From an uncultured Acidobacteriota bacterium (GTDB lineage Bacteria; Acidobacteriota; Thermoanaerobaculia; Multivoradales; UBA5704): a stretch of DNA of 64,000 bases. The stretch lies in contig CAVYRF010000001.1 in the NCBI GenBank assembly GCA_963770895.1, positions 704,481-768,480 of the forward strand, read 5' to 3'. The translations under genes were made by a program, and so were the position numbers. Under the pieces are notes generated by a model. That model was not told where the DNA came from, searched no databases, and saw only the letters and a program-made list of their open reading frames with translations. Below are positions 1 to 9,482 of this stretch, piece after piece (within the stretch, counting starts at the first letter, position 1; the number at the start of each line of letters is the position of its first letter).

Positions 1-1026
1 TTCCAGCCGGTCGGGCGAAACCGCGATCTCGTGGAAGCTGGGCAGCGCCTTGTCGCTGTCGGGGAAGCGGCCGGCGTGCGGACCGGTGATGATCGCCGTC
101 AGGTCGCTGTGCACGATCTCGTGGCCGTCGAGCATGGCCAGGATCGGCAGCCCGCTGTGTGCATGACCCTGGGGATACCGCTTGGTGTAGTCGATCTCGG
201 GGAGCTTCGCGGGATCGGGACGCGTGCAGACGCCGTTGTCCCACGTGCTGTCCTTGCTCGCCAGGCACAGGTCTTCGTGGTTCACCTGGCTGCGGTACCA
301 CTCGGCGCCGGCAGGCTCAACGATCAGCGCGCCGAACAGCCCCTGCTGCAGCTGACCGCCGTCGCCGTTGCCGCCGTCGGCCAGGCTGAACGTGTCGCCG
401 GTGCTGTACAGCAGGAATTCCCCTTCTTCCGGGGCATACAGCTGATACGTGATCGGCGGCAGGCCAGGCAGAACCAGGCTGCCGGTGCCCCCGGGCGGGG
501 TGCCCTGGCCGTTCAGGCCGACCCACGATCCGTCGTCGGCCGGCCGGTTGAACCAGTTGAGCCCCTGCACGTGCACGCCGGTGGCGCGGGTGGAGGGCTG
601 GCCGGCTTCGGGCGTCGGCGACACCAGGTTGCGGAACTCCACCTGCAGGCACTGCCCGCGGTTGACCCGCAGCACCATCGGCCGGGCGCGCTTGTACTTT
701 TTCAGCTGCACCTGGCCCGCCTGCCAGGTCGTCCAGTCCGCCGTGTTGGCGTTGGTCGACGTCTTGCTGGACGGTTCGACGTCGCCGGCCAGGGCATAGA
801 TCATTGCGTTGGGGAGGGATGCCCCCAGGCGGTTGGCGGTGATGGTCGCGTCGAGCGCCACCACCCGCGCCGTGACCGTCTCCGTGCACGGCGCGCCGCT
901 CTGCGCCATGGCGCCTGCCGGCACCATCCATGCGGCCAGCATCAAAAGGGCCGCGGGCGCCCACCGCGAAACACTGCAAGCAAAGGTGGGCCAAAGTGTA
1001 CGACGGAGCACTGCCGAGCTCTCCAT
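1..1026 (-). CDS. Secreted hypothetical protein, partial (N-terminal portion; gene continues beyond window start)
   Basis: Hand-translated minus-strand frame not in the ORF track (no stop within window). The start codon is the complement of 1024-1026. The N-terminus reads MESSAVLRRTLWPTFACSVSRWAPAALLMLAAWMVPAGAMAQS, which has a signal-peptide-like hydrophobic segment. Downstream composition is protein-like and diverse (e.g. GVHVQGLNWF, YPQGHAHSGLPILAMLDGHEIVH). No confident family assignment; a cupredoxin/multicopper-oxidase-like fold was considered, but the motifs are not canonical. Confidence 0.45.
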   Translation of the reverse strand, partial: MESSAVLRRTLWPTFACSVSRWAPAALLMLAAWMVPAGAMAQSGAPCTETVTARVVALDATITANRLGASLPNAMIYALAGDVEPSSKTSTNANTADWTTWQAGQVQLKKYKRARPMVLRVNRGQCLQVEFRNLVSPTPEAGQPSTRATGVHVQGLNWFNRPADDGSWVGLNGQGTPPGGTGSLVLPGLPPITYQLYAPEEGEFLLYSTGDTFSLADGGNGDGGQLQQGLFGALIVEPAGAEWYRSQVNHEDLCLASKDSTWDNGVCTRPDPAKLPEIDYTKRYPQGHAHSGLPILAMLDGHEIVHSDLTAIITGPHAGRFPDSDKALPSFHEIAVSPDRLE

Positions 1027-1267
1027 ATCTCCTCCCGTTGGCAAGTACTACCAGCCGCTGACCCCTACGCGATCGGCCCATCTTGGAGGTCAGGTCCCCC
1101 CAAAGGCCATGGATCAGAATCGCGGCATAATCACTGTGTTGGCGAGTACTTTAGCACGTGACGAGGCGCACCCGCAACGCCTCGATCACCCCCTCGCGCC
1201 CCCGCCCCGCGCGCCCCCGCGAGCGACGCGCGGGCGCCACAGTGCGCCGCCGCGCCGGAGAAGGCGG

Positions 1268-3724
1268 CTAGGTCAGCAGGCCGAGGCGCTTGATGGCGGC
1301 TTGCAGGGTGTCGATGGTGACGGGCTTGGTGAGGTGGATGGCGAAGCCGGCGGCGCGGCTGCGGCGGAGGTCTTCGTCGCGGCCGTAGCCGGAAAGGGCG
1401 ATGCCGCGCAGGGCGTAGCGGCCGGAGAGGCGGCGCATGAGGTCGTGGCCGTCGCCGTCGGGGAGACCCGGGTCGCTGATCACCAGGTCGATGCCGCCGC
1501 GGTCGGCCGCGCGCACGGCGTCCGCGATGGTGCCCGCGACGCTGACTTGCAGGCCCAGCAGCCGGAGGAGCTGATCGATGGCCTCGGCGGTGTCGGCGTG
1601 ATCTTCGACCAGCAGGATGTGGCCCTGCGGCGCGGCCGGCACGCTGACGGCGGGCGCCGCGCCGGACGTCGCCGTCGCCGGCATCGCCGTCGCCGGCGGC
1701 GCCGTGGCGGCCGCGACCGATGCGACCGATGCGTACGATGCCGACTGTGCGTCCGCGGCAGGCGCGCCGGCGTCCGCGTGCCCGGCGCCCGCCGCGGCGA
1801 AACCGGACGCGGCGTCGAGCAGCGGCAGCAGCACGGTGAAAGTGGCGCCGCCGTCCTGGCCGGGGCTGGCCGCGGTCAGGCTGCCGCCGTGGGCGGCGAC
1901 GATGGCGCGGCTGATGGCGAGCCCCAGGCCCAGGCCGCCGAAGCGCCGGGCGGTGCCGGACCGGCCCTGGTCGAAGGCGTCGAAGATGTGCGGCAGCGCC
2001 TGGGCCTCGATGCCGATGCCGGTGTCGGCGATCTCGATCGCCAGGTTGCGCGGCGGTGGCTGCTGCTGGTGCCGGTGCTCCGGCCGCTCGCGATCGGATG
2101 GGGCGGCGGCGCGGGGGGCGATATCGGAGCCGGGGGCGCCGGGAGCGCCGGCACCGGCGACGGCGGCGTCGGGGGCGGGCGCCGTGGCGACGAAGGTGCG
2201 GATGCGGATGGTGCCGCCGGCGGGAGTGAATTTGACCGCATTGCTCAACAGGTTCCAGAAGACCTGCGCCAGGCGTGCCGGGTCGCCCCAGACCAGGTGC
2301 TCTGCGGCGCCCAGGTCGCTGGTCAGGTTGCGCGCCGCAAGCTCCCGTTCGCCGCAGGTTTCGCAGGCCTGGCGGAGGACCGACCGCAGGTCGGTCGGCT
2401 GGCTGTGCAGCTCCAGCTTGCCGCGCGTGCTGCGGGTCAGGTCCAGCAGGTCGTCGATCAGCCGCGCCTCCAGGTCGATGTTGCGGCGGATGACGGCAAG
2501 GTCGGCCTGCAGCGGCGGCGGCAGCGCGGCGTCGGCCTCCAGCTTGGAGGCGATGGCCAGGACCGGAGTCAGCGGCGTGCGCAGCTCGTGGCTGAGGGTT
2601 GCCAGGAAGTGGTCCTTGGCGTGGTTGGCGGCTTCCAGGTCGCGGTACAGGCGCGCGTTGTCCAGGGCCACGGCGGTGCGCCGGGCCAGCTCGATGGCGA
2701 CCGTCAGGTCCTCGTGCTGGTGGCTGCGGAGGGAGTCGCCATAGACCAGGTGCCAGACCCCCAGGGTGCGGTCGCGTGCCACCAGCGGCAGGCTGACCAG
2801 CGAGCAGGGGGAGAGGGCGGCGACGATCGCCGTGCCGGGACCGGCCGCCAGCGCGGCGGGGATCGCCGCCGCCGATCCGTTGGCGAGCAGCACCGGCTCG
2901 CCCGTGCGCATGACGGCTGCCGCGACCGACCCGTCGTGCCACGCGGGCGGCGTGGACTGCAGCTCGGTGAGCTGGCGCTGGCGCTCGCTGTCGGGCGACT
3001 TGCTGACGACGCGCTGGCCGTTGGAGCCGCGGTCCTTCAACAGGTCGATGACGCACCAATCGGCGAGCCTGGGCACCGCCAGCCGGGCGCCGGTTTCCAG
3101 CGCTTCGCCGGGCCCCAGCCAGGCGGACAGCAGCTCGCCGGCGTCGGCGAGCAGGCGCAGGCCGTCTTCGGCGCGCTTGCGCTCGGTGACGTCTTCGACG
3201 AAAGCGACAAACCCCAGGACTTCGCTGCCATGGACGTGCGGCACGAAGCTGGCGCGCAGGCAGCGCTCACCCAGGTCATTGCCCAGGGGGGCCCAGCGCT
3301 CGCACGAAATCTGGCGCCCGGCGAGCGTCGCGTCGATCGCCTCCTTGAGCACGCCGAAGGCGCCCTCGCCCAGCACCTCCGCCATGGTCCGTCCCGAGAT
3401 CTGGTGCACCGGCATGCCGAACCAGGCCTCGTAACGGCGGCTGTTGAAGCGGTAGCACAGGTCGCGGTCGACGTAGGCGACCAGCGCGGGCAGCGAATCG
3501 GTCACCAGGTGGAGCTGGCGGATGAGGTCGGCGGTATCGAGCGTGTACACCTGCTCGCCGCCGGGCGCAAGCATCACGAACGCATCCACCTCGCCGCGGC
3601 GGATGGCGCTCACCGTCTCTTCGGGCTCGGCCAGGCGCGCCCGCAGCTCGGCAATTTCTACCAGCAGCTCCTGGCGGGATTTGGCGGCGTCGATGGCGTC
3701 GGTGGCGGCGTTGGCGTCGGTCAT
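1268..3724 (-). CDS. Hybrid sensor histidine kinase / response regulator (PAS-GAF-HisKA-HATPase-REC)
   Basis: 818-aa ORF. The H-box is ATLSHELRTPLTPVLAIAS. The HATPase region shows N/G-box motifs (LLSNAVKFT, GGLGLGLAISRAIV). The C-terminal receiver domain reads HILLVEDHADTAEAI...DLVISDPGLPDGDGHDLM...KPV. The N-terminal PAS/GAF-like region includes a DVTERKRAEDGL coil. It lies directly downstream of kaiB on the same strand. Confidence 0.9.
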   Translation of the reverse strand: MTDANAATDAIDAAKSRQELLVEIAELRARLAEPEETVSAIRRGEVDAFVMLAPGGEQVYTLDTADLIRQLHLVTDSLPALVAYVDRDLCYRFNSRRYEAWFGMPVHQISGRTMAEVLGEGAFGVLKEAIDATLAGRQISCERWAPLGNDLGERCLRASFVPHVHGSEVLGFVAFVEDVTERKRAEDGLRLLADAGELLSAWLGPGEALETGARLAVPRLADWCVIDLLKDRGSNGQRVVSKSPDSERQRQLTELQSTPPAWHDGSVAAAVMRTGEPVLLANGSAAAIPAALAAGPGTAIVAALSPCSLVSLPLVARDRTLGVWHLVYGDSLRSHQHEDLTVAIELARRTAVALDNARLYRDLEAANHAKDHFLATLSHELRTPLTPVLAIASKLEADAALPPPLQADLAVIRRNIDLEARLIDDLLDLTRSTRGKLELHSQPTDLRSVLRQACETCGERELAARNLTSDLGAAEHLVWGDPARLAQVFWNLLSNAVKFTPAGGTIRIRTFVATAPAPDAAVAGAGAPGAPGSDIAPRAAAPSDRERPEHRHQQQPPPRNLAIEIADTGIGIEAQALPHIFDAFDQGRSGTARRFGGLGLGLAISRAIVAAHGGSLTAASPGQDGGATFTVLLPLLDAASGFAAAGAGHADAGAPAADAQSASYASVASVAAATAPPATAMPATATSGAAPAVSVPAAPQGHILLVEDHADTAEAIDQLLRLLGLQVSVAGTIADAVRAADRGGIDLVISDPGLPDGDGHDLMRRLSGRYALRGIALSGYGRDEDLRRSRAAGFAIHLTKPVTIDTLQAAIKRLGLLT

Positions 3725-3766
3725 AGGTCCAGCGTTGGTATCTCGGGCGGGTCGCTGGACCGCGCA

Positions 3767-4108
3767 TCATCTCCGCGGCAGCACATCCAATCCCACCAGC
3801 ACCCGTTCCGTCTGTGACAGGTCGCCGATGATCTTGCGCATCGGCGCCGGCAGCTTCCTTACCAGGGTCGGGATCGCCAGGATCTGGTCCGCCCGCGCCA
3901 GGTGCGGGTTGGCCATGAGGTCGATCACCTCGACCCGATATCTCCCTGCAAGATGCTCGCCGCAGATCTTTTTGAGGTTGCTGAGCGCCGCCATTGAGCG
4001 CGGGGTCTGGCCGGCGACGTAGAGCCGCAGGTCCCAGGTTCCCTCCTCCTGCTCGGGCGGGAGCGATGGAGGCGATGGAGACGAGGTGGTCTGGTCGTGG
4101 TTGCTCAT
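3767..4108 (-). CDS. kaiB: Circadian clock protein KaiB
   Basis: 113-aa product from the internal Met of a longer artefactual ORF: MSNHDQ...[85 protein letters not shown]. This is the canonical thioredoxin-like KaiB signature (LYVAG.TP...IPTLV...RKIIGDLS). The start ATG (4108-4106) overlaps the kaiC stop TGA (4107-4105) as ATGA. Confidence 0.9.
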   Translation of the reverse strand: MSNHDQTTSSPSPPSLPPEQEEGTWDLRLYVAGQTPRSMAALSNLKKICGEHLAGRYRVEVIDLMANPHLARADQILAIPTLVRKLPAPMRKIIGDLSQTERVLVGLDVLPRR

Positions 4109-5892
4109 AGCCGTTCCTTCCGAGCCGGCGAGCGGCCGCCGGCCCCCTCTGTCTGGCGCTTTTGCGCCATGTCCTGCCGCAGGCGGGCGTCGTCTTCGCG
4201 GCGGCGTTGCTCGCCGGCGAGCAGCGCCTCCAGGCGCTCCTCCTCGACTTTGAATTCGTGGCGCAGCAGGGCGATGCGGTTTTCCACGTCCTCGCGCTTG
4301 AGCTCCACTTCGCGCCGCCGCCGCTGCACCTCCAGCTGCCAGTCCGCCATCTCTTTGTCCTGTCGCGCCTGCTCCGCGGTGCGCGCCGAGCCGACCAGGA
4401 TGCCGGCAGGACCTACAAAAACCTCCGACAGCCGGATGCCGTGGTCGGTCAGCAGCAGCTCGCGCGTCTGCCGCGAGTGACCCATGCCGCGCGACTTGAA
4501 CAGCGACAGGGTGCGGTTGCGCTCGCCGCCCGCTTCGACGTCGCTCAACACCAGCCAGCTGTCGATCAGCGACGAGACGCCGACCACGGATTCCTGTTCG
4601 TTGCGGTGTGGCGTCGTCAGGCTGGTGTACAGGGCGGTGACGCGGCGCTCCTTCAGGAAGTCCAGCAGCCGCACCAGCAGCGACCGCACGTCGTTGGCGG
4701 AGCTGGTGGACAGGAAGGTGCCGATCGAATCGATCACGACCATCTGGGCGTCGGTGTCGCGCACCGCGCGGTGGATCACCGCCAGATGGCTTTCCAGGCC
4801 GTGCAGCGTCGGCCGCGCCGCGTGGAAGCGCAGCAGCCCCTCGCGCAGTGGGGTTTCCATGTCGAGGCCGATCGATGCCATGTTGCGCACCACCTGGTCG
4901 TGCGACTCCTCGAAGGAGAAATAGAGGCACTTTTCGCCGCGCTTGCAGGCTGCGGCGACGAAGGACGACGCCAGGCTGCTCTTACCGCTGCCGGCAACGC
5001 CGGAGATCAGGACGCTGCTGCCGCGGTAGAAGCCGCCGCCCAGCATGGCGTCCAGGTCCGGCACGCCGCTCGAGATCCGCTCGCGCGACACCTTGTAGTC
5101 GAGGCCGGCGGCGGTGATCGGCAGCACCTCCAGGCCTTCGCTGTCGATCAGGAAGGGGTATTCGTTGGTGCCGTGGGCCGAGCCGCGGTACTTGACGATG
5201 CGCAGGCGGCGCGTCGCGATCTGGTCCACCACCCGATTGTCCAGCAGGATGACGCAGTCCGACACGTACTCTTCGATGCCGAAGCGGGTGAGCGCGCCGT
5301 CGCCGCGTTCGGCGGTGATGATCGCCGTCACGCCGCGGTCCTTGAGCCAGCGGAAGAGTCGCCGCAGCTCGGCGCGCAGGATGGCCTGGTTGGTGAGACC
5401 GCCGAAGAGCGCTTCCAAGGTGTCCAGGACAACCCGTCTGGCGCCGATCGCGTCGATGGCGAAACCCAACCGGATGAACAGCCCCTCCAGGTCGTAGTCG
5501 CCGCTCTCCTGGATCTCGCCGGGTTCGATGTGCACGGTGTCGACGGTCAGCAGGTGCTGCTTCGCCAGGGCGTCCAGGTCGAAGCCCAGCGAGCGGACGT
5601 TGGCGCTCAGCTCGTCGGCGTTCTCCTCGAAGGCCAGGAAGACGCCGGGTTCGCCGCACCGCGTCGCGCCGTGCACCAGGAAGTGCATCGCCAGGAGCGT
5701 CTTGCCGCACCCGGCGCTGCCGCACACCAGGCTGGGCCGGCCGGCCGGCAGGCCGCCGCCGGTGATCTCGTCGAGACCGGCGATGCCGGTGGCGGCCTTG
5801 GGCAGCGCGCCGGCGGCGGTCTGCACGCGGCTGTGGCTGACGGTGGTCGGCGGCGGTGCGGGCCGCTGGTCGCTGTCCGTCGTCTTGCTCAT
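4105..5892 (-). CDS. kaiC: Circadian clock protein KaiC (double RecA-like ATPase) with about 100-aa C-terminal coiled-coil-like extension
   Basis: 595-aa product starting at the internal Met MSKTTDSDQ; the upstream 212 aa of the ORF are Arg/Pro-rich junk. Two Walker A motifs (GSAGCGKT in [10 protein letters not shown] in CII). Catalytic EE pairs ([20 protein letters not shown]). A Ser/Ser phosphosite region aligns with S. elongatus S431/T432 ([10 protein letters not shown]). The C-terminal tail is rich in E/R/Q/L heptad-like sequence ([65 protein letters not shown]). Confidence 0.92.
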   Translation of the reverse strand: MSKTTDSDQRPAPPPTTVSHSRVQTAAGALPKAATGIAGLDEITGGGLPAGRPSLVCGSAGCGKTLLAMHFLVHGATRCGEPGVFLAFEENADELSANVRSLGFDLDALAKQHLLTVDTVHIEPGEIQESGDYDLEGLFIRLGFAIDAIGARRVVLDTLEALFGGLTNQAILRAELRRLFRWLKDRGVTAIITAERGDGALTRFGIEEYVSDCVILLDNRVVDQIATRRLRIVKYRGSAHGTNEYPFLIDSEGLEVLPITAAGLDYKVSRERISSGVPDLDAMLGGGFYRGSSVLISGVAGSGKSSLASSFVAAACKRGEKCLYFSFEESHDQVVRNMASIGLDMETPLREGLLRFHAARPTLHGLESHLAVIHRAVRDTDAQMVVIDSIGTFLSTSSANDVRSLLVRLLDFLKERRVTALYTSLTTPHRNEQESVVGVSSLIDSWLVLSDVEAGGERNRTLSLFKSRGMGHSRQTRELLLTDHGIRLSEVFVGPAGILVGSARTAEQARQDKEMADWQLEVQRRRREVELKREDVENRIALLRHEFKVEEERLEALLAGEQRRREDDARLRQDMAQKRQTEGAGGRSPARKERL

Positions 5893-5909
5893 GGCGTTGG
5901 TCTGGCGCC

Positions 5910-7796
5910 TTACCCTGACGATAGCGACCCTCGCTGTATCCGGCCGCCGCCTGCCCGTGCCTGCCGCGGGTGGGAAGCGGTCGGAGTATACACCTCCGGC
6001 ATGGTGGCGCCGGGTGACGACAGCATCCCCCTGGCCGCCGCCAGGGCTGCCGCCAGGGGGATGCGGGCGGGGCGGTTGCGGGCGGCGTCGAAGAGGGCCT
6101 GGCTGAGCGGTCCCGCGGGCTGGGAGTGGACCAGCTTTTCGTGGTGGGCAAAGTAGAGGGTGGGCGTGGCGGCGGCTTCGGCCAGGTGGATCGGGGCGCT
6201 GTCGTTGGAGACCAGCAGGCGCGCGCCGGCGACCAGGGCCGCCAGGGCGCCGAAGGAATCCCGGCGGATGACGATGCGGCCGCGGTCGGCGGCGCCGGCC
6301 TGCCCGCGGCGCAGGTGTTGCTCCACCGCGGCGAGCACCGCGGCGTCGCCGGCGCCGCCTTCGATCAGCACGTGCAGGCCGTCGGCCGCCAGGCCCAGCG
6401 CCAGGGCGGCGAACTTGCGCGCCGGCCAGCGGGTCGACGAGCGCGCGCCGGGGGTGAGCACCGCGAAGGGGGCGTCGCCGATCCCGGCGGCGGCGAGCGC
6501 CGCGGCGGCTTCGTCGCGCCAGGCGGCGCACAGCGGCAGCTCGATGCGGCGGTCGACCGAGCCCGCCGGCGCGGCACCGGGCAGCGGATCGAGCGCGTGC
6601 AGCAGCAGGCGCGGGCTGGGCAGGGTGTTCCAGAAAAACCAGGCCTCGTGGGTGAACAGCGGCGACGCCTCGCGGCCGTCGTCCGCCGCGTCGAAGTATT
6701 CCAGGTTGACCCGCCAGGGAATGCCAAGCTGGGCCGCGGTTTCAGCCAGCCACCGTGCCGCCGGGCGCCGCACAAACGCGAACAGTGCGGCGTCGAAGCG
6801 GCGCGCCGCCAGCTGCTGCACCAAAAGCTGCCGGGGGGAGAGCCCGGCCGCGCCGTGCGGATTGACCAGAGGGTCCAGCGGGTCGAGCGGATCCAGCTGT
6901 GCCAGCGGGCTCGCCGCCTCCGGAGGATGCAACGGGTTCACCCGGTCCGGCGGGTTCGCTGGGGTCGGGCTCACGGGCTTCAGCGCGTTCGGAGTGTTCG
7001 GTGTCTTTGGCGATTCCCGTGGGTCCGGCGGCAGGATCAGCAGCTCACCCAGCCGCGGATTGGTTGCCAGCGCCGGCACCGCGCCCGGGGCGGCCAGCAC
7101 GGTGATCCGGACACCGGGCAGCCGGCTGTGCAGCGCGCGCAGCAGCGGCGTCAGCCACAGCGCGTCCCCCAGATGGGAGCGCGCCTGGAAGACCAGCACG
7201 CTGCGGACCGGGGCGGCGGGGCCGGGCGCCGCGGTCAGCCAGTGCGGCGAGTCCGCCGCCAGCGCGGCGGCGAACGCGTCGCCCGCCGCCCGCGCCGCCG
7301 CCCCGTCGGGCAGCCGCCATTGGAAGGCGCGCGGCACCGGCGCCAGCCACCAGCCGGGCCGCCCGGCAATGCGCTCTGCGATGGCGGCGTCGTCGCCCAG
7401 CAGCACGCCGGCGGCGCCCGGCCGGGCGAGGCCGCCGGGGCTCCAGGGCGGTGCCCCTCCGTCGGGCGCCGCGGCGCCGCCGGGGATCCGCGCGACCGCC
7501 GCCGCCGGGAGCAGCGCAAAGGGGGCGTCGGTGGCCAGGGCCGAGCGCAGCCAGACCCGCGTGCGCACCGCGGGCCGCGCCGCCCCCAGCCCCTCGAGCA
7601 GGCCGTACAGGCCGGCGAATTCCAGCCGGTGATGCACCGGCTGCCCGCACACCAGCTCCAGGTCGAAGCCCGCGGCGACCCCCTCCTGTGCCGCGACGGC
7701 GTCCAGGGCGCGCAGCAGGCCGGCGACGGTCGCGGGCAGCACCGGCAGGGGCAAGGTTCCCGCCGGGCGGCGAAGCTGTGGCTGGGGATCGGTCAT
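5910..7796 (-). CDS. Glycosyltransferase family 9 (heptosyltransferase-like) with about 190-aa N-terminal extra domain
   Basis: Internal Met MTDPQPQL at residue 509 of a 1136-aa ORF whose N-terminal 500 aa are junk. The GT9 N-terminal signature is VLVFQARSHLGDALWLTPLLRALHSRLPGVRITVLAAPGAVPAL. The C-terminal signature is LVSNDSAPIHLAEAAATPTLYF. A Pro-rich linker insertion (PTPANPPDRVNPLHPPEA...LDPLDPLDPL) separates them. The stop lies 18 bp upstream of the kaiC start. Confidence 0.7.
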   Translation of the reverse strand: MTDPQPQLRRPAGTLPLPVLPATVAGLLRALDAVAAQEGVAAGFDLELVCGQPVHHRLEFAGLYGLLEGLGAARPAVRTRVWLRSALATDAPFALLPAAAVARIPGGAAAPDGGAPPWSPGGLARPGAAGVLLGDDAAIAERIAGRPGWWLAPVPRAFQWRLPDGAAARAAGDAFAAALAADSPHWLTAAPGPAAPVRSVLVFQARSHLGDALWLTPLLRALHSRLPGVRITVLAAPGAVPALATNPRLGELLILPPDPRESPKTPNTPNALKPVSPTPANPPDRVNPLHPPEAASPLAQLDPLDPLDPLVNPHGAAGLSPRQLLVQQLAARRFDAALFAFVRRPAARWLAETAAQLGIPWRVNLEYFDAADDGREASPLFTHEAWFFWNTLPSPRLLLHALDPLPGAAPAGSVDRRIELPLCAAWRDEAAAALAAAGIGDAPFAVLTPGARSSTRWPARKFAALALGLAADGLHVLIEGGAGDAAVLAAVEQHLRRGQAGAADRGRIVIRRDSFGALAALVAGARLLVSNDSAPIHLAEAAATPTLYFAHHEKLVHSQPAGPLSQALFDAARNRPARIPLAAALAAARGMLSSPGATMPEVYTPTASHPRQARAGGGRIQRGSLSSG

Positions 7797-7897
7797 CAAC
7801 CGGGTTGGAGCAGTCGATCGCGCGCGCCGGCGCCGGCGCGGCTGCCGGCACCCCGGTGCAGTATTATAGTGCCACCTTACAGCCGCCAAACGAATCG

Positions 7898-8572
7898 ATG
7901 GGTCACGGGGCAAACGACGAAACCTGGCTGCGCGAGCGGCTGCGCCAGGTCTACTGGCTGGGGGGCTCGGCCTGCTCGGGCAAGACCGCCGTGGCGCGCC
8001 GCCTTGCCGCGGCGCACGGGCTGGCGGTGTACCACACCGACGACTCCTTCGAGCGCCATCGCCGGCAGGCCGATCCGCGCCGCTACCCGGCGTTCTGCCG
8101 CGTCGGCGACCTGGCCGTCGAAGCGCTGCTGGCGGCGCCGGCTGATGAGCAGGCCAGCGAAATGCTGGCCTTCCACCGCGAGCACCTGGAGCTGGTGATC
8201 GCCGACCTGGCGGCGGCGCCGCCGGACCAGCCTCTGCTGGTCGAAGGAACGTGCCTGCTGCCGGCGCGCGTCGCGCAGCTGGCGGCGGGGCCCGCGCGGA
8301 CCCTGTGGCTGCTGGCGACGCCGCGGTTCCGGCGCCGCAGCTACCGCCGGCGCGGCCCCTGGGTGGAACGCATGCTCGCCGCGTGCGATCAGCCGGCGGC
8401 GGCCTTCGAGCGCTGGATGGCGCGCGACGACGCGCTGGCCGACTGGCGCCGGCAGCAGCTTGCCGCCCTCGGTCTGGCATGGCGCGACGTCGACGGCAGG
8501 CGCCCGCCGGCAGAAGAGGCCGCCGCCGTGGCAGCCCATTTCCAGCTCGCCGTGCCGGCGGGCGTGGGCTGA
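7898..8572 (+). CDS. P-loop NTPase / small-molecule kinase-like protein
   Basis: 224-aa product from an internal Met (MGHGANDETW). Walker A is YWLGGSACSGKTAVARRLA. Topology is AAA_33/shikimate-adenylate-kinase-like. The upstream part of the ORF is Arg/Pro junk. Confidence 0.6.
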   Translation: MGHGANDETWLRERLRQVYWLGGSACSGKTAVARRLAAAHGLAVYHTDDSFERHRRQADPRRYPAFCRVGDLAVEALLAAPADEQASEMLAFHREHLELVIADLAAAPPDQPLLVEGTCLLPARVAQLAAGPARTLWLLATPRFRRRSYRRRGPWVERMLAACDQPAAAFERWMARDDALADWRRQQLAALGLAWRDVDGRRPPAEEAAAVAAHFQLAVPAGVG

Positions 8573-8669
8573 TGAGCGCGCGGCGCGCAGTGGGCGATAC
8601 GCCAGGCCGGCGCGGGCAGTGGGCGATGACGGGCCGGATGCCGCGCCAACCGGGAAGGAGGCAGTGCCG

Positions 8670-9482
8670 ATGGAAGACACCGTAGCGGCGGCGGGCGCCA
8701 CCGACGCCGAGCGCTATTTCTTCGAGGCCAACGGCTACCTGGTGATCCACGACGCCCTGGGGCCGCGCGACCTGGCGCGGGTGTGCGCCGCGGGCGAAGC
8801 CGCCGCCGCGCGCTGGCGGGCCGATCCGGCGCTGCCGGGGCCGCGCCGCGCCGACCTGGAAAGCATCCTGGCGATCGTCGAATACGACCCGGTGTTCCTG
8901 GAGGTGCTGGAAAACCCGCGCGTCCTGCCGGTGGTGCGCGACCTGCTGGGCCCGGATCTCATGCTGGTCGACAACGACTACTTTCTCACCCCGCCCGGCG
9001 CCACGATCCGCCGCGGCTGGCACTACGACGAATCCTTCCCCGGCGTGTATCACCCGCGCTCGCGGCTGCTGGTCAAGGTGTTCTACGTGCTGCAGGACAT
9101 CCCGCCCGGCGGCGGCGCCACGCTGGTGCTGCCCGGCTCGCACTGCTTTGCCGCCGACCTGCGCCTGCCCAACTCCGAGGTGCCCGAAGACCTGCCGGGA
9201 AGCGTGCCGCTCCACCTGCCGGCGGGGGCCGCCTATCTGATGTCCGGGCGCACCTATCACTCGGCCGGCACCAACCGCTCGGCGCTCTACCGCAAGCTGC
9301 TGATCTATACCTATGGGCACAAATGGATGCGCGTCTGGGACAGCTACGAACCCTCGGCGGCGCTGGCGGCGCGCGCCGAGCGGCCGATCACCCGCCAGCT
9401 GCTGGGGCTGACCGATCCCTATGGCGCCAACGCGCCCCTGGCGGCAAGCGACGGCCAGGCGGCCGCCCAGGTGGAAGCGTGA
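8670..9482 (+). CDS. Phytanoyl-CoA dioxygenase (PhyH) family Fe(II)/2-oxoglutarate oxygenase, paralog 1
   Basis: An SD (GGAAGGAGG) lies 8 nt upstream of the ATG. The N-terminus is MEDTV...ERYFFEANGYLVIHDAL. The HxD...H facial triad candidates are WHYDESF and GRTYHSAGTN. The sequence has the typical PhyH jelly-roll pattern. Confidence 0.8.
   Translation: MEDTVAAAGATDAERYFFEANGYLVIHDALGPRDLARVCAAGEAAAARWRADPALPGPRRADLESILAIVEYDPVFLEVLENPRVLPVVRDLLGPDLMLVDNDYFLTPPGATIRRGWHYDESFPGVYHPRSRLLVKVFYVLQDIPPGGGATLVLPGSHCFAADLRLPNSEVPEDLPGSVPLHLPAGAAYLMSGRTYHSAGTNRSALYRKLLIYTYGHKWMRVWDSYEPSAALAARAERPITRQLLGLTDPYGANAPLAASDGQAAAQVEA

Noticed and set aside
809-3817. 1002-aa + strand ORF and the 642-aa minus-strand ORF (1131..3059) overlapping the histidine kinase gene
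   Set aside because: Low-complexity R/A/G/P-rich products. The HK frame on the minus strand (1268..3724) carries complete H-box/HATPase/REC motifs.
4162-6156. 664-aa + strand ORF antisense to kaiC, and the long N-terminal extensions of the kaiB (to 4930) and kaiC (to 6531) ORFs
   Set aside because: The extensions are Arg/Pro junk. Internal Mets give canonical KaiB/KaiC N-termini, and the kaiB start lands exactly on an ATGA overlap with the kaiC stop.
7797-9320. N-terminal 508 aa of the 1136-aa ORF (5910..9320) containing the GT9 gene
   Set aside because: The region upstream of MTDPQPQL is Arg/Pro/Ala-rich with no domain. It overlaps the well-supported + strand P-loop and PhyH genes.
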